Virus record (IMG/VR): IMGVR_UViG_3300028394_002328
Coordinates: 248,001 to 312,000 of that record
Length of the DNA: 64,000 nucleotides
Direction: 5' to 3' (one strand)
In this document: positions 1 to 10,122 of the stretch, one piece after another
Layout of the letters: the number at the start of each line of letters is the position of its first letter
Position numbering within the stretch: position 1 is the first letter of the stretch
Position numbers and translations under genes: made by a program
Notes under the pieces: generated by a model
What the model was told of the DNA's origin: nothing
Seen by the model: the letters and a program-made list of their open reading frames with translations, nothing else
The model's database searches: none

Positions 1-555
1 ATCGAAGATTTTAAAAAAAATGTGCAGCCATCTAGGCCTAATTCTTATCCAGGTAAGATGCCAGGCTATGATATATTTTTTAATGACATTAAATTTCAAA
101 AACCAAGTAGCGACGGTGGAAAGTTAACTCATGCAGTTAAATTAGCAGTGATGAATGCAGTAAACGAAGGCCAAGCTATTCCTGAATTCCAAGATGTGGT
201 ATTATCCATTTTAGATATGAACTTCATTCAGCAATACGCAGACTTTGATCCTAAGAGTAGAATAATGAGCTTTGCTACACAATGGCCTGCTAAACTTGAA
301 GGAAAAATTACATTAGAATCTAAATCAGGAGGAACTGATCCAACTAAAGGTGGATTCAGTTTTAAATTAGCCAATACAGCACCTAAAACTGATTTGGAAG
401 AGCCTGATGAACTAGGGGCAGGCGTCGAACCTGATGATGGTGTTATAGGTACGGTATCCGATTTGTCTACATCATCAATGGATATTGTTAATCCAAAAAG
501 AAGAGAGCCAAAAGAACCTAAACCATCAGGAGATGTTGGGCGTAAAAAACGTTGA
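1..555 (+). CDS. hypothetical protein, 5'-truncated by the window edge
   Basis: Frame is open from base 1. The TGA stop lies inside the -35 box of the next promoter. Confidence 0.7.
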   Translation: MEDFKKNVQPSRPNSYPGKMPGYDIFFNDIKFQKPSSDGGKLTHAVKLAVMNAVNEGQAIPEFQDVVLSILDMNFIQQYADFDPKSRIMSFATQWPAKLEGKITLESKSGGTDPTKGGFSFKLANTAPKTDLEEPDELGAGVEPDDGVIGTVSDLSTSSMDIVNPKRREPKEPKPSGDVGRKKR

Positions 556-579
556 CAAAGAATAAAATTCCTGTATAAT
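552..579 (+). promoter_or_regulatory. sigma70-type early promoter for clpP
   Basis: TTGACA-16 nt-TATAAT. Confidence 0.75.
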
Positions 580-604
580 AGTTATTATTTTACAAAGGAA
601 TTTT

Positions 605-1195
605 ATGAGTTTAGTCCCAATTGTACTTGAGCAAACATCCCGCGGCGAACGCAGTTATGATATCTATAGTCGGCTGTTGCGTGACCGTGTAATTCTCCTA
701 GAAGGGGAAGTTCATGACCAAATGGCAAATCTGATTGTTGCTCAATTACTTTACCTTGAAAGTGAAGATAGCAATAAGGATATTAATCTTTACATTAACT
801 CACCGGGTGGATCAGTTACCGCAGGTATGGCTATCTATGATACTATTCAATTTATTACACCTGATGTTTCAACCATTGTTATGGGACAGGCATGTAGTAT
901 GGGTAGTTTGTTAGCACAAGCAGGTGCTAAAAATAAACGGTTGATTTTACCTAATGCTCGCCATATGATTCATCAACCAAGCGGTGGTGCACGTGGTCAG
1001 GCTACTGATATGGAAATTCAAGTAAAAGAAATCCTTGAAATGAAGCGTAATCTTACCAACATCTATGTTAAACACAATTCAAAGGGAAAGACTTTTGAGG
1101 AGTTGACTAGGGATATGGAACGAGACCGATTCATGTCCGGTGAAGAAGCGGTTGAGTATGGACTAGCCGACCGTATCATTGACAAGCGGCCGTAA
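605..1195 (+). CDS. clpP: ATP-dependent Clp protease proteolytic subunit
   Basis: [25 protein letters not shown] (catalytic Ser), MIHQPSGG (His), MERDRFMS. Confidence 0.97.
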   Translation: MSLVPIVLEQTSRGERSYDIYSRLLRDRVILLEGEVHDQMANLIVAQLLYLESEDSNKDINLYINSPGGSVTAGMAIYDTIQFITPDVSTIVMGQACSMGSLLAQAGAKNKRLILPNARHMIHQPSGGARGQATDMEIQVKEILEMKRNLTNIYVKHNSKGKTFEELTRDMERDRFMSGEEAVEYGLADRIIDKRP

Positions 1196-1197
1196 AT

Positions 1198-1226
1198 TTG
1201 ACAATAAATGGGCAGTGATGTATAAT
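1198..1226 (+). promoter_or_regulatory. sigma70-type early promoter
   Basis: TTGACAATAAAT...TATAAT, 17 nt spacer. Confidence 0.9.
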
Positions 1227-1257
1227 GAAATTATACGCTAAGAAAACGGAGAAACAA

Positions 1258-1467
1258 ATGGAATTTGAATCAATTGTTGTCAACACGATCAAACCATTGC
1301 TGGGCTCAGGAGAGCAAGTAGATTTCAGTTATGGCACACTGTTCGTAAATTGTGCCGAAGACACAGCCCGTTGTATTTTTCACACACTTTGTGACAACTT
1401 CGGCGGAGTCAACAAGGTCCGCATCAGCAAGTGTGGTGAAGAATTCGCCTTCGATTTTGTCGCTTGA
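1258..1467 (+). CDS. small hypothetical early protein
   Basis: Start moved to ATG 1258, which follows the promoter and a GGAG SD. Confidence 0.7.
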   Translation: MEFESIVVNTIKPLLGSGEQVDFSYGTLFVNCAEDTARCIFHTLCDNFGGVNKVRISKCGEEFAFDFVA

Positions 1468-1492
1468 CAATAAATGGTTTTGGATCTATAAT
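1464..1492 (+). promoter_or_regulatory. sigma70-type early promoter
   Basis: TTGACAATAAAT...TATAAT, 17 nt spacer. Confidence 0.9.
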
Positions 1493-1522
1493 ACTTGTAT
1501 TGAATCAACAAAAGGTCACAAA

Positions 1523-1723
1523 ATGACACAGTTTATTGCTAAAGGTTACATTGAAAACGGTGACTCAGCCATTCTTTGGAGAATGGCCGACTATCACTAT
1601 CAACTGGAAGTTGGGTTTGGAACACCTAGACAACGGTCCATTGATTTGACGGATACCGAGTACTACGATGCTTATTGTATGTTGCAGGCAATTTGTATGG
1701 ATAAAGTGGAAGTTGTTGCGTAA
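1523..1723 (+). CDS. small hypothetical early protein
   Basis: Start moved to ATG 1523, downstream of the promoter. Confidence 0.65.
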   Translation: MTQFIAKGYIENGDSAILWRMADYHYQLEVGFGTPRQRSIDLTDTEYYDAYCMLQAICMDKVEVVA

Positions 1724-1741
1724 AAACAACATTACCAAAGG

Positions 1742-1770
1742 TTGACAATAAATCAGGTTCCCTGTATAAT
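1742..1770 (+). promoter_or_regulatory. sigma70-type early promoter
   Basis: TTGACAATAAAT...TATAAT; TATAATAGAATCTTAGACAGTTAA is shared with the 2317 promoter. Confidence 0.9.
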
Positions 1771-1803
1771 AGAATCTTAGACAGTTAAACAACGGAGTTC
1801 AAA

Positions 1804-2061
1804 ATGCGTACACCAACTATCATCAACGGTCTGAAAAACTCTCAAAAATTCCGTGTGATTTTCAAGGGCGATGGCTCTGAAAATGACGTTGGACTTTACA
1901 TGACGGTAAAGCAAATGTCTGAAATGTTTGCTACGACCAACGCCCGCTCATTGTGTTATGAAGCCCTTGAGATGTTGGTTTCTGAGCGCAAATATATGAA
2001 AACCATTGTAGGGCTTGGTACTACAATCCGTGGTAAGCAAATTCAAATCGACCTTATTTAA
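1804..2061 (+). CDS. hypothetical early protein
   Basis: ORF with GGAG SD behind a promoter. Confidence 0.75.
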   Translation: MRTPTIINGLKNSQKFRVIFKGDGSENDVGLYMTVKQMSEMFATTNARSLCYEALEMLVSERKYMKTIVGLGTTIRGKQIQIDLI

Positions 2062-2086
2062 GGTCTTAACTTAAAAGGAAATTACT

Positions 2087-2320
2087 ATGTCACTTAAACT
2101 TAAAGCTTTTTTGCAATTGGTTGGAATTTTGGCGACAAGCCTTACCGTTGCCTTATTGCTGAACTTGGTTACAACATATATCTCTAAGGAAACCGTTATC
2201 ACCCTAATTGAATTTGGGTTAATTGGTGGACTGTTGTATATGGTATACACTATTATCCTTTCCCGTCTTGAATACGAAGAACGGATCAAATCCTTGGCCC
2301 AAAACTTGGAGAAAGTTTGA
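2087..2320 (+). CDS. small two-TM membrane protein
   Basis: Two hydrophobic segments, AAGGA SD. Confidence 0.7.
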   Translation: MSLKLKAFLQLVGILATSLTVALLLNLVTTYISKETVITLIEFGLIGGLLYMVYTIILSRLEYEERIKSLAQNLEKV

Positions 2321-2345
2321 CAATAAATGAGTTTGGGCGTATAAT
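2317..2345 (+). promoter_or_regulatory. sigma70-type early promoter
   Basis: TTGACAATAAAT...TATAAT, 17 nt spacer. Confidence 0.9.
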
Positions 2346-2378
2346 AGAATCTTAGACAGTTAATTAAAGGACTAGGAA

Positions 2379-2825
2379 ATGGCTACTCGCTCTACAATCG
2401 CTCTAGAATTTGCTGATGACACCGTTGGTCAGGTCTATTGTCACTGGGATGGTTACCTGAGTCACAACGGTACGATTCTGTTGGAGAATTACAGCGACCC
2501 GTTCAAGTTGCGTGACCTGATCGATCTCGGTGACTTGTCTACCTTGCGTACTCAAATTGGTATAAAGCACCCCTTCAGTATGTTTGAAGCAAAAATGACA
2601 CAGGATGAGTATGCTAACCTGTATCGTGACATGTGTACCTTCTATGGTCGTGACCGTGATGAGAACGATACTCAGGCCAAGTACTTTGATAATTTTGAAG
2701 ACTATGCCGCTAATCACCAAACAGAGGAATATGAATATATTCTTCGTAAAGACGGTCAATGGTATGTTGACCAAGGTAATGGGTTTGAATTGTTAAGCGA
2801 GGTCCTTGTCAAGGAAGCGGCATAA
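2379..2825 (+). CDS. conserved phage hypothetical protein
   Basis: MATRSTI...VYCHWDGY...YEYI pattern typical of a phage hypothetical family. Confidence 0.75.
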   Translation: MATRSTIALEFADDTVGQVYCHWDGYLSHNGTILLENYSDPFKLRDLIDLGDLSTLRTQIGIKHPFSMFEAKMTQDEYANLYRDMCTFYGRDRDENDTQAKYFDNFEDYAANHQTEEYEYILRKDGQWYVDQGNGFELLSEVLVKEAA

Positions 2826-3142
2826 TGCTAGCAATGCAGGAATTGACAGTTTGGGATGGTAGTGTCCATCCCAATCATACTTATCTGTTTGACGGTGATA
2901 AGGCTGTTGCTTACATCAAGCAAGGTGAGACAACTCCTTTTTATTTTCAAAACCCGCTACGCATTGACAAGCGTGGGCGTAAATTTATTGCTCTTAAAAC
3001 AAACCCTTTTAAGGTTATTAAAAGTAGCCTAATTGAAGTTGTTGGTAGCAAGGGTGATAAGTACTATGTTGACCCTGATGCTAAAACTTGCACATGCCAA
3101 GGATTTAACTTCAGAGGCAATTGTAAACACATTAAACTATAA
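2825..3142 (+). CDS. SWIM zinc-finger protein
   Basis: C-terminal [15 protein letters not shown]. Confidence 0.75.
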   Translation: MLAMQELTVWDGSVHPNHTYLFDGDKAVAYIKQGETTPFYFQNPLRIDKRGRKFIALKTNPFKVIKSSLIEVVGSKGDKYYVDPDAKTCTCQGFNFRGNCKHIKL

Positions 3143-3345
3143 TGAAAGCATTACTTAAACAGTTAGTTATTATAGGAGTGTCTTTAGCACTGGGATATTG
3201 TATTTCGCAATTCTTGGTATCATCAGTGCATGAAAAAGTATATATCTGTGACTTAGCTGAGATAAGCATTGATTTCACCCCTGAAATGAGGAATGAATGC
3301 AGAAAATTAAGGTTGAATAAAAATGAAAATAGAACTAGCAAGTGA
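3142..3345 (+). CDS. small membrane-anchored hypothetical protein
   Basis: N-terminal TM helix, coupled stop/start. Confidence 0.6.
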   Translation: MKALLKQLVIIGVSLALGYCISQFLVSSVHEKVYICDLAEISIDFTPEMRNECRKLRLNKNENRTSK

Positions 3346-4099
3346 CCTACATTTAGAATTTGGTCCATTAGAATTGCTTGGTGGTGATGTATTGATCCTT
3401 GCTGGTGATATTTGCGAATACCGTACCTTTAAAAAAAGAAAATCATTTGTTACTGATTTCTTTGAGAAAGAATGTGCCAAATATGCACAAGTGTTTATGG
3501 TTAGTGGTAACCATGAATCTTATCATCACAGACTAGATAAAACCCACGAAGACTTTAAAGCAATATTGCCCAGCAATGTAACACTATTAGAAAATGAAAC
3601 TGTAGACTATAACAATATAGTGTTCATGGGCGCTACTATGTGGACTGACCTTAATCAGAATGATCCTGTTACTGAGATGACAGTTAAGGACGGAATGAAT
3701 GATTATAGGGCGATACAAAACTATTATGCCGACAAAAATTTATACCATAAATTAACACCTGATTATACCTACAAATTACATAAAAACACTATAGACTATT
3801 TTAAAAATACATTGGCTGAATATCAGGATCGTGATGTAGTAGTTATTACTCATCATGCCCCATCATATCAAAGTATCCATGAAAGATATAGTCATAATCA
3901 TCATATGAGCGGTGCTTATGCAAGTGACCTAAGTGAATTTATATTGGATCATCCACAGATTAAGGTTTGGTGTCATGGTCATGTCCATGACTTTTTTGAA
4001 TACCGCATTGGTTCTACTAGAGTAGTTTGCAATCCTCGTGGTTATGTTGGCTATGAGGCTAGCACATACGATTTTCAATTATATGATTTGGATATTTAA
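3323..4099 (+). CDS. calcineurin-like metallophosphoesterase
   Basis: SDLH, LAGD, GNHE, THH, HGHVH motifs. Confidence 0.9.
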   Translation: MKIELASDLHLEFGPLELLGGDVLILAGDICEYRTFKKRKSFVTDFFEKECAKYAQVFMVSGNHESYHHRLDKTHEDFKAILPSNVTLLENETVDYNNIVFMGATMWTDLNQNDPVTEMTVKDGMNDYRAIQNYYADKNLYHKLTPDYTYKLHKNTIDYFKNTLAEYQDRDVVVITHHAPSYQSIHERYSHNHHMSGAYASDLSEFILDHPQIKVWCHGHVHDFFEYRIGSTRVVCNPRGYVGYEASTYDFQLYDLDI

Positions 4100-4109
4100 A
4101 GAATAAATT

Positions 4110-4388
4110 ATGGATACTAATGTTAACGAAATCCTCTTGATTATGCAAGAAGAATGTGCTGAAGTTACACAGGCTATCAGCAAATGTTTTAGGTTTGGTT
4201 TAGATAACCACAAACCAGGTAAGCCTAAAACTAACAAAGAACACTTAGAAGAAGAATTAGGTGATTTGGTAGCAATGATTACCCTATTAGAAATGAATGG
4301 TGTGGTTAGCCAACATAATATAGAAAAGGCCAAACTAGCCAAATTTGAAAAACTAAAAACTTGGTCTAATATCACACTTACTAAATAA
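4110..4388 (+). CDS. MazG-like nucleotide pyrophosphohydrolase
   Basis: EECAEVTQAISK...LEEELGDL acidic helix pairs. Confidence 0.75.
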   Translation: MDTNVNEILLIMQEECAEVTQAISKCFRFGLDNHKPGKPKTNKEHLEEELGDLVAMITLLEMNGVVSQHNIEKAKLAKFEKLKTWSNITLTK

Positions 4389-4392
4389 TATC

Positions 4393-4728
4393 ATGTCAGA
4401 CGATTATTTTTTTATAATATATATTTTTGCCTTAGGTTTTATTATCGGTTCATCATGGACGAAACACCGAATCAAAAAAGAATTAATTGAACACGGTATA
4501 CTCAAAGATAAAAACACAAAAACAGAAAATGTTCCTAAACTAATTACCGAAATTCATAATAACATGATTTATGTTTTTGAAAAAGGTACAGATACATTTG
4601 TCTGCCAAGGTAAATCAATTGAAGAATTAGCTAAAAAGATATTTAAACAAAATCAAATTCAACTTGCCATAGTAGAACATGATTCATCTGTGTTAATGTT
4701 TATCGAAGGAAAGGTTACAAAACCATAA
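4393..4728 (+). CDS. hypothetical protein with N-terminal TM
   Basis: ORF in operon context. Confidence 0.65.
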   Translation: MSDDYFFIIYIFALGFIIGSSWTKHRIKKELIEHGILKDKNTKTENVPKLITEIHNNMIYVFEKGTDTFVCQGKSIEELAKKIFKQNQIQLAIVEHDSSVLMFIEGKVTKP

Positions 4729-5264
4729 TGAAAATTAATATCGGCAAATATCCCAAAAAAGGCAATAACCGAAAAATAGACATAAAGATTGAGCAGTTTG
4801 ATACTTATAGCATGGATCATACCCTTGCTTTAATTATACTCCCAATGCTATTACAATTAAAAGCCACAAAACACGGAGTACCCCACGAATTTGCTGAAGT
4901 CGGTGGTGAAGATTATAATTCCCAAGAATGCTTTGACTTTTACAGGGAAGATTACGCTGAAATGTTTAACAAAAAAATTCTAGAATGGGATACCGTTCTT
5001 GATAAAATGATTTGGAGTTTTCAGCAACTTGCGATAGAAGATTATGAATCTAAATACCATCATGGTAAGGTAGAGTTTAAATGGGAAAAAAGTGGTACAA
5101 AAATGCTTAACCCAGTAACAGGAAAGATGGAAACTACTTTTCAGATGGTTGATAAAAATCCCGACGAGCATTGGTTTGATCATGAGGGTTTGGAATTACA
5201 TAATAAACGAATACAAGAAGGTATCGACTTATTTGCAAAATACTATAGAAACTTGTGGGATTAA
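4728..5264 (+). CDS. hypothetical phage protein
   Basis: ORF coupled to upstream gene. Confidence 0.7.
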   Translation: MKINIGKYPKKGNNRKIDIKIEQFDTYSMDHTLALIILPMLLQLKATKHGVPHEFAEVGGEDYNSQECFDFYREDYAEMFNKKILEWDTVLDKMIWSFQQLAIEDYESKYHHGKVEFKWEKSGTKMLNPVTGKMETTFQMVDKNPDEHWFDHEGLELHNKRIQEGIDLFAKYYRNLWD

Positions 5265-5265
5265 A

Positions 5266-5493
5266 ATGAATTTCATCGCCGCAGGTCTAGAACAATTAAC
5301 TAGCAACAATAGTAAACAGATAAGTAAAAAGCAATACGATCTATTTTGCAAAGAGTTTGTTTTTGAAAAACTTAAGGGTATTGGTTTCGCAGAATCCTTT
5401 TGTAAAAAGTTTAAGTTAAATGATACCTTTTTAAAAAATTTAAGTGACGAAACAGCCAAATATCATATTGAAATGTTGGGATATATTAAATGA
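5266..5493 (+). CDS. hypothetical protein
   Basis: Start moved to ATG 5266, just after the previous stop. Confidence 0.6.
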   Translation: MNFIAAGLEQLTSNNSKQISKKQYDLFCKEFVFEKLKGIGFAESFCKKFKLNDTFLKNLSDETAKYHIEMLGYIK

Positions 5494-5816
5494 CTCACCT
5501 TGTAACTGAAAATTGTATCAAATGCAAACATACAGATTGTGTTACTGTTTGTCCTGTAGATTGTTTTTACGAAGGTCCTAATTTTCTTGTAATCAATCCT
5601 GATGAATGTATTGACTGTGGCGTATGCATACCCGAGTGCCCTGTTTCCGCAATTGTAGAGGATACTGATAAGAATTTAGAAAATGTAAAGTTTTGGTACG
5701 ACCTTAATACAAGACTTGCAGAAAAATGGCCTAGCATTACTAAACGAAAAGATCCTCCACCAGATGCAGAAGAATGGAAAGACAAGCCTAATAAAATTAA
5801 TTTACTTGAAGAATGA
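5490..5816 (+). CDS. fdxA: 7Fe/8Fe ferredoxin (FdxA/FdI type)
   Basis: [25 protein letters not shown] and [12 protein letters not shown], with the typical C-terminal extension. Confidence 0.93.
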   Translation: MTHLVTENCIKCKHTDCVTVCPVDCFYEGPNFLVINPDECIDCGVCIPECPVSAIVEDTDKNLENVKFWYDLNTRLAEKWPSITKRKDPPPDAEEWKDKPNKINLLEE

Positions 5817-6019
5817 TAACCGTTACTGAATATGCATTCAGAACCGATATTACTGTACCATATGGTTCTTTAAATCCACTATTAGAATGGTGTAAAACGA
5901 ATTGCAAAGACAAATGGGGCTGGCATATGGTATCACCATCAGGTGAAAAACCTGGCTTATATAAATTTCATTTTGTAGACCAATCTGATCAAATAAACTT
6001 TATTCTGTGGCAGAAATGA
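5813..6019 (+). CDS. hypothetical protein
   Basis: ATGA-coupled ORF. Confidence 0.6.
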   Translation: MITVTEYAFRTDITVPYGSLNPLLEWCKTNCKDKWGWHMVSPSGEKPGLYKFHFVDQSDQINFILWQK

Positions 6020-6264
6020 TATACTATACCTTTTACGATATAAACAACGATTTTTCAGAATTGTCCAATGACCGTGTTATTAAAACCAAGTTTAAAATTA
6101 CTTGGGGGCATCATATGATGCTGGGATTTGAAGATGATGCTGATGAGAAAATGCTAGGATATATTGTAATTAAATACGGGGAAATGATCCGCGATCCTAT
6201 TGAATTTGACCGCACACCAATCCCCGATGTAGATTATTTTCCAAAACGAAAAACTAAGACATAA
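6016..6264 (+). CDS. hypothetical protein
   Basis: ATGA-coupled ORF. Confidence 0.6.
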   Translation: MIYYTFYDINNDFSELSNDRVIKTKFKITWGHHMMLGFEDDADEKMLGYIVIKYGEMIRDPIEFDRTPIPDVDYFPKRKTKT

Positions 6265-6799
6265 AAGGTATCCACATCCAAATACCCTGAGTCATTAATA
6301 CTCCTGCAATAGTTCCTACACCAATGCTGGCCCAAAACAATATCATATTAACTGCAAGTATACTAGCGGTTAATAATACTATTGCTATTTGGAATGCAGA
6401 ACCTGCAAAAGTTAGCCAAGGACTTCTTTTACGAATTTCATCACGCTCGGCTTCTAATGCCCGAGCTTTAGCCATTAACTCTTTTTTACCCTCTCCCTTT
6501 TCAGGGTCGCTTTCATAACGATCTATCTTAGCTTGAAGTTTGGTAGCCTTGTCAAATTGTTTTTTGTATTCTGCATCATCTCTAGCCATTTCAGCAAGTG
6601 TCTGTTTGATACTTTTTGCTTGATAAAAAGCCCAAGTGTCATTGGCTTTAATGGTATTGTTTAGGACCTTACTAGAATTATTACCTGCAATATAAGTATT
6701 GATAGCAAGTAATGCTGCTAATACGGTAATTACCCATCCTGCTTTATCTTTAATATGTGCTTCACGTTCTGATCTTGATTCTTTTTTAACTTCTGCCAT
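6254..6799 (-). CDS. DUF4337-like membrane protein
   Basis: TM, DTWAFYQAKSIK, coiled coil, two C-terminal TMs; GGAGG SD before ATG 6799. Confidence 0.75.
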   Translation of the reverse strand: MAEVKKESRSEREAHIKDKAGWVITVLAALLAINTYIAGNNSSKVLNNTIKANDTWAFYQAKSIKQTLAEMARDDAEYKKQFDKATKLQAKIDRYESDPEKGEGKKELMAKARALEAERDEIRKRSPWLTFAGSAFQIAIVLLTASILAVNMILFWASIGVGTIAGVLMTQGIWMWIPFMS

Positions 6800-6846
6800 A
6801 TAGCCTCCTTGTTGTATATTATTTATATTAATCAATAAATATATGT

Positions 6847-7125
6847 ATGCCCGATATCTTTCAACTTATTAGCGAATTAGGATTTCCTATTGCAGCTTCC
6901 TGCGCCTCGGGATATTTTGTTTTCCTCACTATTAAGTTTATTCTAGCAGGAGTTACTAGTAGTGTTAACAGTATGAATGCTATTGTTAAAGGATTGGACG
7001 ATAGAATTGATACTATGACTGACGAATTACAAAGACTAGATGTTAAGATTAGCCAATCACTGGGACTAGATCCTGATTACGAACGCATTGCTAGAGCAGA
7101 ACGAGTAGATCATAGGAGAGACTAA
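6847..7125 (+). CDS. small membrane protein (GFPI motif), paralog 1
   Basis: ELGFPIAA TM then coiled coil. Confidence 0.7.
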   Translation: MPDIFQLISELGFPIAASCASGYFVFLTIKFILAGVTSSVNSMNAIVKGLDDRIDTMTDELQRLDVKISQSLGLDPDYERIARAERVDHRRD

Positions 7126-7126
7126 T

Positions 7127-7480
7127 ATGGAAAATATTAGTGATTTGGTTAATAGATTTGGATTTCCTATTGTAGCAGCAGTAGGATTAGGTGGCATGAC
7201 TTACTATGTTTGGTCATGGGCGACTAAAGAAATTAAACCGGTTCTTAGTGAAGCAAGTGCTACACTAGTGGCTTTAATTGATAGAATTCGTGTATTAGAT
7301 AATGATTTAATCAGGTTAGATCAAAAAGTTCAAACAGTAACTCAACTACGAAAATCAGCATTGGATACTGAACATCATATTGCACATACACTAATTAATA
7401 AAAAACCAACAGAATTAATCTTAGGTAAACAGAAACTCAATAAACAAGATATAAATAATACATCTGAGACTGACCAATGA
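7127..7480 (+). CDS. small membrane protein (GFPI motif), paralog 2
   Basis: RFGFPIVAA TM; DRIRVLDNDLIRLD resembles DRIDTMTDELQRLD in paralog 1. Confidence 0.7.
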   Translation: MENISDLVNRFGFPIVAAVGLGGMTYYVWSWATKEIKPVLSEASATLVALIDRIRVLDNDLIRLDQKVQTVTQLRKSALDTEHHIAHTLINKKPTELILGKQKLNKQDINNTSETDQ

Positions 7481-8103
7481 AGATAATTGAAATATTAAAA
7501 GAATATGTAGATGATGTATCAAAATTAGTAATATTTGATATTGACGATACTCTTGTGCATACCCAAACTAAAGTCCATGTTATCAAAGATGGTAAAATAG
7601 TTCGTAGCCTAAACAGCCACGAGTTTACACATTATAAATTGAAACCCGGTGAAAAGTTTGATTTTGGAGATTTCACTGATGCTAAAGAATTCTTTGACAA
7701 TGCTAAGCCAATTATTCCTATGATGGATCAACTTAAACAAGATATTGCTACAGGTAATAAAGTTGTTATGGTAACTGCTAGGTCAGATTTTGATGATAAA
7801 GAATTGTTTTTAGATACATTTAGAAAATATGGGGTAGATATGAATAAAGTACATGTCTACCGTGCAGGAAATAATAAAGATAATATAAAGATTGACGAAA
7901 AGAAAAAGATTATTATTAGAAAGTTATTAGATAGCGGTAACTATAGCAAAGCGATTATGTATGATGATTCTATTCCAAATTTAGATAGTTTTGTCACACT
8001 TAAAAAAGAATACCCTGATACTAAGTTTTACGCTTGGAGTGTGAGTTTAGATGGTAAAGCAGGAGAGTATCAGAGAACCAACGAAAACATGCGGAGAATA
8101 TAA
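7477..8103 (+). CDS. HAD-superfamily phosphatase (PNKP 3'-phosphatase-like)
   Basis: FDIDDTL, VTAR, K, YDD motifs. Confidence 0.8.
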   Translation: MKIIEILKEYVDDVSKLVIFDIDDTLVHTQTKVHVIKDGKIVRSLNSHEFTHYKLKPGEKFDFGDFTDAKEFFDNAKPIIPMMDQLKQDIATGNKVVMVTARSDFDDKELFLDTFRKYGVDMNKVHVYRAGNNKDNIKIDEKKKIIIRKLLDSGNYSKAIMYDDSIPNLDSFVTLKKEYPDTKFYAWSVSLDGKAGEYQRTNENMRRI

Positions 8104-8795
8104 TGAGCGACTTTAGAAATTTATTAAACATTGTAGAAGAACTAAGTGAGCAGGACAATGTTGAGCTTCATGACAGTTTTGATATTGAATTATCCGAAGA
8201 CTTTGTAATAGAAACCGGAGTAATCGGATTTACAAAAGACGGGATAGTACTTGAAGCCGATGAAGAAACATTTAAATTACTTACTAGTAAAAAACTATTA
8301 AGTGAGGCTCCTAATCGTTTCAGACCATCTACAAATCCACATCGTTATGATAGTGATCAAGATTACTATGATGCAGTAGATGACGCAGAAGCATGGGACC
8401 GCGCACAAGACAGCGATGATGCAGAAGCATATTATGCGGATCAGGCAGATCAAAAAGCCTATGATGACGATATGTATCAAGAAGGTATGGTACTAGGTTC
8501 AGGGTCGGATGCTTCTAGTGCGGGATCATTTAAAATGGGTGAAGATGAAATGGATGAGGCCAAATATCAGGGCCGTGAAGTTCCATTAGGTAAACCAATG
8601 CAGGGTGATGTAGCCAAGTCTAAAGTCTATGTAAAGGGTCCAAAGGGTAATGTTGTCAAAGTTAACTTTGGTGACAAAAACATGCGTATTAAAAAGAATA
8701 TACCCGGACGCAGAAAATCATTTAGAGCCCGTCATCGTTGTGAAAACCCTGGACCACGTTGGAAAGCTAGATATTGGTCATGTAGAGCATGGTAA
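8103..8795 (+). CDS. probable virion-associated protein, acidic middle and basic C-terminal domain
   Basis: C-terminal KVNFGD...SFRARHRC...ARYWSCRAW domain seen in large phages. Confidence 0.65.
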   Translation: MSDFRNLLNIVEELSEQDNVELHDSFDIELSEDFVIETGVIGFTKDGIVLEADEETFKLLTSKKLLSEAPNRFRPSTNPHRYDSDQDYYDAVDDAEAWDRAQDSDDAEAYYADQADQKAYDDDMYQEGMVLGSGSDASSAGSFKMGEDEMDEAKYQGREVPLGKPMQGDVAKSKVYVKGPKGNVVKVNFGDKNMRIKKNIPGRRKSFRARHRCENPGPRWKARYWSCRAW

Positions 8796-8853
8796 ATTTT
8801 TTATACACCGTGCTAGATGCTAAATATTGTACAAACAATTTCTAAATTAATAC

Positions 8854-9033
8854 ATGGCCAAAAAACCCGATCTCGTTACCAGATACGAGGTGATTACACA
8901 AGAAGACCCGAGTACCGGGGATCTAATATTGCCTATTCCACAACCCGTACTAGACCGCTTAAATTGGAAAGAAGGGGACTCCCTTGATATTAGTCTTGAT
9001 AAAGACGGCAAAATTTATTTGAAAAAGATTTAA
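8854..9033 (+). CDS. AbrB/MazE/SpoVT-like DNA-binding protein (not in ORF track)
   Basis: Translates MAKKPDLVTRYEVITQEDPSTGDLILPIPQPVLDRLNWKEGDSLDISLDKDGKIYLKKI. Confidence 0.75.
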   Translation: MAKKPDLVTRYEVITQEDPSTGDLILPIPQPVLDRLNWKEGDSLDISLDKDGKIYLKKI

Positions 9034-9425
9034 TGTACATACAAAATAACACAATGATAACTAACACTACCACAACTCCAAATACCGTTACCATTACCAC
9101 TCCAAATACTGTTCCAAATTATGGGTATTATACAACCGCCCCAAATACTATAGGAGGCAATCCTATTTGGACTATTCAGCCAAACACTACTACTAATAAC
9201 CAGTTAACAGTGAAAGGTGATGCTGAGTTTGAGGGTGAAGTTACTATTAAAGGTAAAAGTCTATTAGACGCTATTGAAAGCTTAGAGAAACGATTAGGTT
9301 TATTACATCCAAACCCAAAACTAGAAGGTAGATGGGAAGAATTAAAAGAATTGGGCGAGCGCTATCGTGCTTTGGAAAAAGAAATCCTAGAAAAAGAAAA
9401 GATGTGGACAATTCTTCAAAAGTGA
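9033..9425 (+). CDS. hypothetical protein, Thr-rich N-terminus and coiled coil
   Basis: ORF. Confidence 0.65.
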   Translation: MYIQNNTMITNTTTTPNTVTITTPNTVPNYGYYTTAPNTIGGNPIWTIQPNTTTNNQLTVKGDAEFEGEVTIKGKSLLDAIESLEKRLGLLHPNPKLEGRWEELKELGERYRALEKEILEKEKMWTILQK

Positions 9426-9428
9426 CGG

Positions 9429-9457
9429 TTGACATTTATTCCACTTTATCATATACT
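9429..9457 (+). promoter_or_regulatory. sigma70-type promoter
   Basis: TTGACA-17-TATACT. Confidence 0.8.
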
Positions 9458-9486
9458 ACTAGTATCGTAACTTATATGATACCAGT

Positions 9487-9870
9487 ATGACTATGCATCT
9501 AGCACACCCTGCTCTTACCTCCCTAGGAAAACGCAAGGGTAAACAAAAATTCCGTAATGCCGATGAAGCCCGCAAGGCTAGAGAATTAGAACAAGAGTGG
9601 GCAAAAAATAAAGCTAAATGGGACGCAATGCTAAAGCCTGTTGCTAAAAAAATTAAAACACAGGCTCCTAAACTAAGTCCTACTATCGCTAGAGAAACTC
9701 CACACATCCCTAGCCTTAATTTGGGTATCACAGGTGCGGTAACCTGTGCAAAGACTCCAATGTATACAGGTGACAAAATTATTGGTATTGGTACAATGCA
9801 TAAATCTAACGCAGTACCAATCTTTAATACTGAGCAGGCAAAAGATATTAGCACTATGCGTAGAAATTAA
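9487..9870 (+). CDS. conserved basic phage hypothetical protein
   Basis: [21 protein letters not shown] motif. Confidence 0.7.
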   Translation: MTMHLAHPALTSLGKRKGKQKFRNADEARKARELEQEWAKNKAKWDAMLKPVAKKIKTQAPKLSPTIARETPHIPSLNLGITGAVTCAKTPMYTGDKIIGIGTMHKSNAVPIFNTEQAKDISTMRRN

Positions 9871-9871
9871 T

Positions 9872-10087
9872 ATGGCTAAAGAAGATACTATTAAAATGGA
9901 GGGCGAAATTACAGATGTTTTGCCCAATGCGACATTTAGAATATCATTAGGCACTGGTAATAAAATACTAGGTTATATTTCAGGAAGAATGCGTCAAAAC
10001 GAAATTAAAATTTTGTTAGGCGATACAGTTGAAGTAGAACTAAGCCCATATGATCTTACTAAAGGCAGAATAATCAGACGAAAATAA
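9872..10087 (+). CDS. infA: translation initiation factor IF-1
   Basis: [11 protein letters not shown]...LPNATFR...ISGRMR...[18 protein letters not shown]. Confidence 0.95.
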   Translation: MAKEDTIKMEGEITDVLPNATFRISLGTGNKILGYISGRMRQNEIKILLGDTVEVELSPYDLTKGRIIRRK

Positions 10088-10122
10088 TGTAACAACTATC
10101 TTCTGTATTGTATAAATACAAC

